From an uncultured Ignavibacteria bacterium (lineage in GTDB: Bacteria; Bacteroidota; Ignavibacteria; Kapaibacteriales; Kapaibacteriaceae): a DNA stretch of 64,000 nt. Below, piece by piece: positions 56,513 to 64,000 of the stretch. The notes beneath the pieces were generated by a model. That model worked only from the letters and a program-made list of their open reading frames with translations, was not told the origin of the DNA and made no database searches. The DNA lies in contig CALMZQ010000183.1 of assembly GCA_937870915.1 (NCBI GenBank), forward strand, positions 60,317-124,316, given 5' to 3'. Numbering within the stretch: the first letter of the stretch is position 1; every line of letters starts with the position of its first letter. Both the position numbers and the translations under genes were made by a program.

Positions 56513-58411
56513 TCATTGTGCGAGTAATACCTCAATGCGGTTGGTTGCTTCTTCCAAGAACTGTTCTTCTGGTGTGAAGCCAACTTCTTTAAACTGAACA
56601 CGACCGTCCTTACCGAGGTAGAACTTTGTTGGGATGCCTGTAACGCCATACTTGGCAACAACACTATCATCCTTGTCGATAAACATCGGGAAGGTGAGGT
56701 TCTTGTTGGCTGACAGGAAATCCTTGACTGTTTTGACCCGGTCATCAACACGTTCCCAGACGTTCACCACGGCAAAAACAACGTTCTTGTTTGTCTTGTA
56801 CCGCTCGTAGAGCTTCTGCAACGACGGGAATGACTGTCTGCACGGCCCACACCATGTTGCCCAATAATCGATGATCACAACCTTGCCACGCCAATCGGAG
56901 AGTTTAAGGGGCTTTCCATCGAGTGACACCAGCATACCGTCTATCGGAGATTGATTGAGCATTTCTCGAGCGATACGGGCAGACAATACACCACGCCCTT
57001 TGTCGCGCAATGCGCTTTCCTTTGCCGCGATTGCAGCGCTATCAATGCCCTCTGAAGCTAGCAGTAATCGATAGGCGTCGAGGATCCCTTGTGTTGCTGC
57101 TCCCGTGGAGAGCGCTCGCTCAGCAATGCTTATGGCTTGTTTTGTATTCTGTTGGTCACGATAGAGACCGATCATCATATCGTAACAGTTTTTTTCAGTC
57201 TCATTTCCACCTATCTCCATGCTCTTCTCAAGTGAGGCTATAGCCTTGACTGGCTGCTGCTCTGCACGATAGATCGCTCCCTGGACAAAATAGAGAAGAG
57301 ATGTTGCGATTCGTTGTTCTTCCTGCCATTCAGATGGACCAACAAAAAGCGGGCGCCGACCTTCGTCCTTTGCGGCTTCGATGCCTGCATCAATGAGTCT
57401 GAAGGCATCTGACCGAAGTGAGTCATTCGCACCAATGAAATTCACTGCTTGGTGATATGTCATTGCCGTGATTCCCTTGGTACGATCGAGAAACTTGATC
57501 AACTGGCGCAAAGCATTCTGTTGCGTAGCTGCCTTAACCACAGCGTCAATAAGGTTCTGCCGGGCAAAAGAATTCGGCCATGCTTGCAGGTGATCTGCTG
57601 CTTTGTCCATGAATACATCAATTGTTGGCGCTGAACTCAGTTGTCCAAGAGCTGCTTGTTCATCAACGATTGATCGCGGAAATCGAGAAACAGCGTCCAT
57701 GATCACCCGCTGAGCATCATCTGCTCTACCTTGCACTTCATATGCTTGTGAAAGTGCTATTGCGTCAAGTGGACTCGATGCTTGCATCACGGATGAGGTT
57801 ATTTCGCGTAGTTTGGCTGTTGCTTCTGCCTCGTCGAGTTGACCCGTGTTCTTCATCACAAGGATATAGTTTACACGTGCTGCCGTATTGCTAGGATGCA
57901 ACATTGTTTCTTGTTCTAGCTCCTCCACCGCTCCTGCATAGTCTTCTTTCATGCGGCATGGAAGAGGGAGCTGACCATACCGTGCTAGCGCAGCGCGCAT
58001 GTGTGCGCCAGAAACCCCCGTTCCACGATCCGTAGCGGTGAGAAACTCCCAATACAATTCCCGATTCGTGTCGTAACGAGGGCCATTCCCAACCTTCACA
58101 ATGGTGTAGACAATGCCTTTAGCTAGAGTCGTTTTTCCGATCCACTTTGAGCCATTCTTCTCAAGAACAACTTCGGTAGCTCTCGGAGACTCAGCGTCTG
58201 CTACAAAACCATACAAGACGGCATGGATTTTTCCGCCTGCTACGATGTTTGCATCTACGGCATCGGCTACATATTCGATGGTGATGGAAGCCCCTTCCTT
58301 GGGAGACATCGGCAGAATGGTCACGGTACCTGCAATCACCCGAATCGAAAGCGTAAGGGCTGCTACTGTGATGAGGAGGAGGCGGATCATAAGGTCATTC
58401 AGAATGGTCAA
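56513..58411 (-). CDS. Secreted TPR-repeat protein with a C-terminal TlpA-like thioredoxin domain
   Basis: 632 aa. Signal peptide. C-terminal …VVIIDYWATWCGPCRQSFP…. Confidence 0.75.
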   Translation of the reverse strand: MTILNDLMIRLLLITVAALTLSIRVIAGTVTILPMSPKEGASITIEYVADAVDANIVAGGKIHAVLYGFVADAESPRATEVVLEKNGSKWIGKTTLAKGIVYTIVKVGNGPRYDTNRELYWEFLTATDRGTGVSGAHMRAALARYGQLPLPCRMKEDYAGAVEELEQETMLHPSNTAARVNYILVMKNTGQLDEAEATAKLREITSSVMQASSPLDAIALSQAYEVQGRADDAQRVIMDAVSRFPRSIVDEQAALGQLSSAPTIDVFMDKAADHLQAWPNSFARQNLIDAVVKAATQQNALRQLIKFLDRTKGITAMTYHQAVNFIGANDSLRSDAFRLIDAGIEAAKDEGRRPLFVGPSEWQEEQRIATSLLYFVQGAIYRAEQQPVKAIASLEKSMEIGGNETEKNCYDMMIGLYRDQQNTKQAISIAERALSTGAATQGILDAYRLLLASEGIDSAAIAAKESALRDKGRGVLSARIAREMLNQSPIDGMLVSLDGKPLKLSDWRGKVVIIDYWATWCGPCRQSFPSLQKLYERYKTNKNVVFAVVNVWERVDDRVKTVKDFLSANKNLTFPMFIDKDDSVVAKYGVTGIPTKFYLGKDGRVQFKEVGFTPEEQFLEEATNRIEVLLAQ

Positions 58412-58434
58412 GAAATTCTTTCTAAGGGGCTAGG

Positions 58435-59169
58435 CTAACGAACAAGGCGATATCCGCCATCAACAACGATCGTCTGTCCTGTGATGTAGGTAGAGGCAGT
58501 TGCAAAGAACCATACGGCATCAAACACATCATCAACGCTTCCGTGACGACGCATAGGGATCCGCGAAGGGTCGATCAAGGAGGCGTCATTTGATGTCACA
58601 TCTTCCGGTTGGGCAATTGCACCAGGTGCAACTGTATTGACGGTTATTGACGGTGCGAGTGATCGTGCAAGTGTATGAGCCAAGGTCTGAAGGGCGCTTT
58701 TGCTCACATTATATGCAATACGATCCTTCCAGATCTCCATCGAGCCTAAAGAACCAATACTGATCAAGCGCCCTTGCTGCGCGGCTCTTCCACACGCAAC
58801 GTGATAGGCCTTGGCTATGGTCAATAGTGGGAAGGTGTTCACACTCAACGTTTCCTTAAGTCCTTCAAGAGCCATTTCCACAACGGTTTCTTGTTTCGGG
58901 AAAACACCGGCATTACTGACCACTACATCGGCAATGCCGAGTTTGTGTTCAAAGTTGACGAGGGCGTCGTTGAGTGCTGCTTCATCACCCACGTCACACT
59001 GCACAGATACGCAGCGTCTACCAAGGCTTTCGATATCTCGTTTGGTCTCTTCGGCCGATGCTACCGATGTATGAAACGTAAATGCAACATCGTAGCCGCG
59101 CTCTGCAAATCGAACAGCAAGACCCCTACCTATTCTCCGTGCGCCGCCGGTGATCCACACTATGGGCAT
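58435..59169 (-). CDS. Short-chain dehydrogenase/reductase (pteridine-reductase-like)
   Basis: 244 aa. ITGGARRIGRGLA Rossmann motif. Y…K catalytic region (…YNVSKSAL…). Confidence 0.8.
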   Translation of the reverse strand: MPIVWITGGARRIGRGLAVRFAERGYDVAFTFHTSVASAEETKRDIESLGRRCVSVQCDVGDEAALNDALVNFEHKLGIADVVVSNAGVFPKQETVVEMALEGLKETLSVNTFPLLTIAKAYHVACGRAAQQGRLISIGSLGSMEIWKDRIAYNVSKSALQTLAHTLARSLAPSITVNTVAPGAIAQPEDVTSNDASLIDPSRIPMRRHGSVDDVFDAVWFFATASTYITGQTIVVDGGYRLVR

Positions 59170-60173
59170 GATGGATCCATGAGAGGTGGAAGAACTTGCT
59201 CAGCTGTAACATCACCGATTGACGTGCGAATGGTGAGCGCCGTATTCGGATGAGCATGCTCACCACGGACATAGGCTAGAGCGATTGAATGGTGTTGATC
59301 TGTTGAGGCAACAACACTGGTCACCACGCCGATCTGAGAGCCATCGGCGACAACAACATCGCCTGGTTGAAGTTGAGCCTCAGACAAGATCCCCATTACC
59401 CGTTGTTTCACCTTGTTGTAGCTGTCCAATCGAGCAACAACCTCTTGCCCAATGTAGCATCCCTTTGTGAATGAGGTTAGGTGCAAAAGCCCCGCTTCCA
59501 GCGGATTGTATGAATCTGTCCATTCATGCCCCAATCTCCCCATACCTGCACAGACGCGCAGGTACTCGGTCTCGTCATCCGTAAGCTGTGGAATCGCTTC
59601 AGCATTAGCGTGCAAAACGTTTACGATGGATTCCCATACTACTGGCTCAGAAATCAGCCAGTATGAAACTTCCGAAATGGAAGGGGCGCGCACTATCAAC
59701 ACCTCGCCCGAGTCTAAGGTACCTCGTTGCCATTGTCCGGTAGCCCATACAGACACGTCGATTGACGTGATCTGTTGAACGACACCAGCTGCTTGTGGTC
59801 CGCAGATCTCCAGAGCCTTGACCATTGACGTATGGTCCTTTAGCTTTACGTCGTCCATGATGACGTACTTTCGTAGCCATTGGATCGTCTGTAGAGCTAT
59901 CAAAGGCGATCCGAGCAGGTAGGCACGATCCTCATCCTGCAGAACGGTCAGAACGTCGATTATTCTGGCCTTTTCTGTAAGAAGCACGGTCTGAATGCCT
60001 CGTCCGGGCACCAGACGTGTAAGATCATTCGTCGTTAGACGATGGAGAAGATCTATTCGATCGTTTCCCGTCATCTCGATCCACGACCACCCGGTCCGAT
60101 CGATCCACGCCGAGGCCCGCTGTGCCGACCGAATTGCTTCAATTCTCCGTTCTACCATCACTGATTCTGACAT
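59160..60173 (-). CDS. ygfZ: YgfZ/GcvT-like folate-binding protein
   Basis: 337 aa. Aminomethyltransferase-fold N-terminus …AWIDRTGWSWIEMTGNDRIDLLHRLTTNDL…. 10-bp overlap with the SDR gene. Confidence 0.65.
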   Translation of the reverse strand: MSESVMVERRIEAIRSAQRASAWIDRTGWSWIEMTGNDRIDLLHRLTTNDLTRLVPGRGIQTVLLTEKARIIDVLTVLQDEDRAYLLGSPLIALQTIQWLRKYVIMDDVKLKDHTSMVKALEICGPQAAGVVQQITSIDVSVWATGQWQRGTLDSGEVLIVRAPSISEVSYWLISEPVVWESIVNVLHANAEAIPQLTDDETEYLRVCAGMGRLGHEWTDSYNPLEAGLLHLTSFTKGCYIGQEVVARLDSYNKVKQRVMGILSEAQLQPGDVVVADGSQIGVVTSVVASTDQHHSIALAYVRGEHAHPNTALTIRTSIGDVTAEQVLPPLMDPSCP

Positions 60174-60184
60174 TGGATTCCTAC

Positions 60185-62176
60185 GTGAGACACCAAACCT
60201 ACGAAAGAGCAGCCGTGTGGCTTGTATTTCTACTGACGTTGGCTACGATGACGGAACAGACCGTCGCTCAGCGTATTCCAAACAGGGTTGTTTTTGTTGA
60301 TAAGGGGCCAATTGCCTTTGTCCCTGAAACCCGAGAATTTGATAGTCTATTAGCCACATTTCATCCTCGTTCTCTTGAGCGACGTGCCCGAATGGGAATG
60401 GATCCACTGCTGGATTCGATGGATGCTCCTATCTATGCCCCCTATCTCGACTCTGTCAAGGCAATTAGTGATTCTATCCTTTGTATAGTCCCCTGGTTCA
60501 ACTCCGTCACGGTTGGACTTACGGAATCGGAACGTTCCCAAGTGGAACTCCTGCCGTTTGTGGCATCGGTTGTTCCGTCCTCAACAGTTTCATACGTCTT
60601 AGAAGGGGCTACAGACTGCAACTCACCACGATATGGCTATGCTGAGAGACAACAGGAAATGCTAGGCACGGCTCTGCTGCACAATGCCGGCATCTATGGG
60701 CGAGATGTGCGGATAGGCGTGATTGACAACGGCTTTCGGTGGAGAGCGATGTCATCTCTTCAGCACCTTACAGTTGAAGCAGAACTCGACGTGATCTATG
60801 GAGACAGCAATACGGCCAACGAACCCATTGACGTTCGCAGGCAAGATGAGCATGGATCTATCATTCTCTCCGTCATTGGCGGATGGCAACAAGATTCACT
60901 GATCGGTGTGGCCCCATTTGGAACATACCTTTTGGCCAAATCAGAGGACATGCGATATGAACGGAGGATCGAAGAGGATCTTTATGCCATGGCGATCATG
61001 TGGTTGGAGAAGCAAGGGGCGGACATCTCAAGTTCGTCACTAGGATATCGGAATTTCGATTCGACAGATGCAAATACCCCGTATTCGGCTCTCGACGGAA
61101 ATACAACGTTTCCATCACGGGCCATTAACATCGCTGCACAAAGAGGAATGATCTGTGTTACTGCAGCTGGCAATGATGGACCATCACCACGATCACTCTC
61201 AACGCCAGGTGATGCTGATAGTGCCTTTACGATTGGCGCATTGGCAACTGATGGGGTGTCGCGCTGGCCACAGTCATCATATGGTCCAACTTCAGATGGC
61301 CAACAAAAGCCTGATTTCGCAGCACTTGGTATGGGCGCTGCCGGACAGGAACGGACTGGCGAGTTTACGATGTCCTCCGGCACCTCGATGGCAACACCAC
61401 AGGTTGCAGGACAGATAGCCCTTCTGCGAGAACTCTACCCCGATGTTGATTCGTGGGTTTTGCGTCAAGCATTACAACGTTCATCACTTTTTGCATCTGA
61501 TCCAGATTCCGTGCTTGGGTATGGATCAATCAATGCAGCAGAGGCCGCTAGACTACTTGGTCCGGGCGTTGGTCCACCAACGATCGTTACAGTCGACAGT
61601 AAACGCACGGTTTTGGCATCAGTCTTCTGTGACCAAGGCATGGATGTACGTCTCGTGATTAAGGATCCGATTACTGGGCAGACAGCAACTATTCAAGGAC
61701 TCCGCTCCGAAGATCCGTGGTACCTGTTTGCCATCGAATCGTCGCAACTCTTTCGCGATTCGATGCTAGCACGTATTGAAGCCACGGTTGTGTCCTCGTC
61801 GCGAAGCGGTTCGTTCCCTCGCGATTCAACGTGGTTTGTACTTCCAAGAAATGCTGTTGTTCGTCCATGTGGTGTTCGTCTGCCGGGATCGGTAACGTTC
61901 ATCGCCGATGAGATGAAGACGTCGAATAGTCCCACGGTTCTCGATCACCCGTTGAACACAGGGACTCGGCAGATTGTTATAAACGGTGTTGATACGCCCC
62001 CTACTGATGTCCGGATTGTTCATGTCACTCTTGGCAGCCCCGTTCCATGCGTGTTTTCGGCACTGGACACAGATAGAGTGATCATTACCACAGCGGCTGA
62101 CCTCGAACGCGGAGCATACATCATCGTTCTGCGGTACAATGACTCGTCAATTTCTCTCCCCATTATCGTTCGCTAA
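60185..62176 (+). CDS. Subtilisin-like S8 serine peptidase with a C-terminal beta-sandwich / T9SS-like tail
   Basis: Asp (…RIGVIDNGF…), His (…DEHGSIIL…) and Ser (…GTSMATPQVAG…) catalytic triad. Start moved to the GTG at ~60185 to give a signal peptide (…AAVWLVFLLTLATMTEQTVAQ) and remove overlap with ygfZ. C-terminus …GAYIIVLRYNDSSISLPIIVR is CTD-like. Confidence 0.8.
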   Translation: MRHQTYERAAVWLVFLLTLATMTEQTVAQRIPNRVVFVDKGPIAFVPETREFDSLLATFHPRSLERRARMGMDPLLDSMDAPIYAPYLDSVKAISDSILCIVPWFNSVTVGLTESERSQVELLPFVASVVPSSTVSYVLEGATDCNSPRYGYAERQQEMLGTALLHNAGIYGRDVRIGVIDNGFRWRAMSSLQHLTVEAELDVIYGDSNTANEPIDVRRQDEHGSIILSVIGGWQQDSLIGVAPFGTYLLAKSEDMRYERRIEEDLYAMAIMWLEKQGADISSSSLGYRNFDSTDANTPYSALDGNTTFPSRAINIAAQRGMICVTAAGNDGPSPRSLSTPGDADSAFTIGALATDGVSRWPQSSYGPTSDGQQKPDFAALGMGAAGQERTGEFTMSSGTSMATPQVAGQIALLRELYPDVDSWVLRQALQRSSLFASDPDSVLGYGSINAAEAARLLGPGVGPPTIVTVDSKRTVLASVFCDQGMDVRLVIKDPITGQTATIQGLRSEDPWYLFAIESSQLFRDSMLARIEATVVSSSRSGSFPRDSTWFVLPRNAVVRPCGVRLPGSVTFIADEMKTSNSPTVLDHPLNTGTRQIVINGVDTPPTDVRIVHVTLGSPVPCVFSALDTDRVIITTAADLERGAYIIVLRYNDSSISLPIIVR

Positions 62177-62180
62177 CATC

Positions 62181-62813
62181 ATGCCCACAATGCTGATCAC
62201 GGGCGCTACAGGCGGCCTCGGAAAAGTAGTTGCTGAACACGCTCGGCTCGCTGCGTGGAATGTGTTTGCCATAGGTCAAGAACATGGAGACCTCGCGAAC
62301 GACGCCGCGGTACAGAGGTTGATCCCAGAGATACCGCAGGACCTATCGGCTGTTGTACACCTCGTTGGTGGGATAGAAGCCGGTAAGCCCCTTGATCAAA
62401 CAACTCCCAGTGAACTTGAGCACATGCTACACCTGAACGTTACTACAACATTCAATGTACTACGAGCAACTATTCCTCTTCTCCGTTCTCAGGGAGGGGG
62501 CTCTATTGTAACCATCGGAGCACAATCCGTTGTGCACCCCGTACCAAACAAGTCGCTCTACGCCGCGTCAAAGGCAGCTGTTGTGTCACTTGCCAGATCA
62601 GTTGCTGAAGAAGGACGTGAGTATGGGATCCGGAGCAATTGTATTCTTCCAAGCGTTATTCGCACAGAGGCAAACCTATCATGGGCTGAAGGATCGATGG
62701 CAGATGAATGGGTCACGCCGGAACAGATTGCGTCCACCATCCTACATCTGTGCTCCACTCAGTGTAGCATAAATGGCGCTGTTATCCCTATGTATGGACG
62801 AGGTCCGTTTTGA
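62181..62813 (+). CDS. Short-chain dehydrogenase/reductase
   Basis: Start at MPTMLITGATGGLGK, 5 bp after the S8 stop. …YAASKAAV… catalytic YxxxK. Confidence 0.8.
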   Translation: MPTMLITGATGGLGKVVAEHARLAAWNVFAIGQEHGDLANDAAVQRLIPEIPQDLSAVVHLVGGIEAGKPLDQTTPSELEHMLHLNVTTTFNVLRATIPLLRSQGGGSIVTIGAQSVVHPVPNKSLYAASKAAVVSLARSVAEEGREYGIRSNCILPSVIRTEANLSWAEGSMADEWVTPEQIASTILHLCSTQCSINGAVIPMYGRGPF

Positions 62814-64000
62814 CATCATCAACATCACCTCGATCAACGTTTGTCTTCCTTTTGCGTTATTACCGTCCATATGCCGGACGAATGATCGTGGCCCTTGTCT
62901 TCATGATTCCAAGTAGCGGTATCAGTCTTGCATTTCCTGCGCTTACCGGTACGATCATCGATAGGATCATAGGAAGTGATGCTCCGTCGGAGCTTGTGCA
63001 GACAGGTGGGATCTTCCTTGGTCTTCTATCGCTCCAGGCCGTTGTTGGATACTTTGTTTCTGTAACAATGTCCCGAACAACAGAACGGGTGATCGCATTC
63101 TTGCGAGGAGATCTGTTCCATCACATCGTTAGGCTGCCTCTTTCTCATCTAACCACCCGAAGGGTTGGTGAACTTTCTTCGCGACTATCGAGCGACCTCA
63201 CGCAGATCCAAGAGACCTTTTCGTTCTCTATCCTACAGCTATTGAGACAGAGTGTGTTTCTCCTGGGATCAATCACGCTCATTCTCATGACAAGCGTTCA
63301 GCTCACAATCCCCATCTTGATTGGGACGCCACTTGTGGTTGCTGCTGCTGTCCTCATAGGCCGCCGAATACGAAGGTTGAGCACGAAGACACAGGACGCA
63401 CTTGCTCGAACGTCAACGATCGTTGAAGAGACATTACAGAGCATCAACGCTGTGAAGTCCTACGTTCAAGAACACTACGAGGCACACCGGTACGACGAGG
63501 CACTGCACGAGAACGCCACGCTGGCCATCTCCGGAGCAAGACTTCGTGCGATCTTCGTCACCTTCATCATCTTCACGATCTTCGGTGGCATCGCAGCGGT
63601 CATTCTGTACGGGGCTAAGCTTGTAGCATCGCATGAAGTAACGATGGGACAACTTCTGTCCTTCTTGATGTATGCAATGTTTGTTGGTGGCGCATTGGGC
63701 TCCTTTGCCGAACTGTTCGGTCAGATCCAAAAGTCACTTGGTGCGTCGGTACGTATTCGAGAGCTATTCGATGTTCCCATTGAAAATGTGGGAGAAGATG
63801 CGCCCCCTATCACACTAACCTCGATAGAATTGAGAGATGTGCATTTTTCGTACCCGGAACGAACGGAGATCTCCGTTGTGAACGGTGTTTCTCTCTCCGT
63901 TGAGAATGGCCAACGTGTTGCCTTTGTTGGAGAGAGCGGTGCCGGTAAGTCCACAACCGCAGCCCTCATGCAACGACTCTACGAACCAACTCGTGGTATG
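62810..64000 (+). CDS. ABC transporter, fused permease/ATP-binding (MsbA-like), 5' portion; it runs off the end of the window
   Basis: Putative TTG start overlapping the SDR stop (TTGA); the first in-frame ATG is at 62882. Six-TM-type N-terminal region then Walker A GESGAGKST at 63930-63956. Absent from the ORF track because no stop codon falls inside the window. Confidence 0.8.
   Translation, partial: MTSSTSPRSTFVFLLRYYRPYAGRMIVALVFMIPSSGISLAFPALTGTIIDRIIGSDAPSELVQTGGIFLGLLSLQAVVGYFVSVTMSRTTERVIAFLRGDLFHHIVRLPLSHLTTRRVGELSSRLSSDLTQIQETFSFSILQLLRQSVFLLGSITLILMTSVQLTIPILIGTPLVVAAAVLIGRRIRRLSTKTQDALARTSTIVEETLQSINAVKSYVQEHYEAHRYDEALHENATLAISGARLRAIFVTFIIFTIFGGIAAVILYGAKLVASHEVTMGQLLSFLMYAMFVGGALGSFAELFGQIQKSLGASVRIRELFDVPIENVGEDAPPITLTSIELRDVHFSYPERTEISVVNGVSLSVENGQRVAFVGESGAGKSTTAALMQRLYEPTRGM

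Noticed and set aside
1-64000. Mobile elements, integrases, toxin-antitoxin pairs, restriction-modification or other defence islands
   Set aside because: No transposase or integrase motifs (DDE, tyrosine recombinase R…HxxR…Y), inverted terminal repeats, or small two-gene cassettes were recognised. The accessory-looking content is surface-protein and signalling genes, not defence genes.

Overview
This is a gene-dense window (about 52% GC) from a likely Fibrobacteres-Chlorobi-Bacteroidetes-group bacterium. That assignment is an inference from three T9SS-type C-terminal sorting tails on large secreted proteins, a TonB-dependent receptor paired with a DUF4249 lipoprotein, and an LptD/OstA-like outer-membrane protein. 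No rRNA, tRNA, CRISPR array, transposase or integrase was recognised.

Housekeeping genes identified by conserved motifs are purB, ftsY, rnhB, folE, queD/PTPS, glmS, meaB, pepA, deoA, rdgB, a TrmH-family methyltransferase, a class V aminotransferase and an MsbA-like ABC transporter (3' end truncated by the window). Accessory-looking content is as follows:
- 3025-8158 (minus strand) carries four signal-peptide proteins with Gly-rich and tail-fibre-like repeats. Only the last has a T9SS tail. This is the best candidate for an undescribed secreted surface system.
- 9621-14022 carries two tandem paralogous TPR-adenylate cyclases. Each has a terminator-like hairpin embedded in its last codons.
- 30741-38794 carries two tandem giant T9SS cargo proteins of 1357 and 1294 aa, with Ig I-set-like, LTD-like and ASH-like repeats.
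- 25822-43816 is a peptidase-rich plus-strand block (M24, M3, S45 amidase, M17).
- 48999-50246 encodes an RdgB with an extra C-terminal domain.
- 53495-56499 is a ferredoxin / amidohydrolase / ATP-grasp-like operon divergent from the TonB-dependent receptor.
- 125-194 is a 7-bp tandem repeat directly upstream of purB.

Start codons are uncertain for several genes because the ORF track evidently accepts GTG/TTG starts and prints them as M. All functional calls rest on motif recognition by eye; no database search was run.
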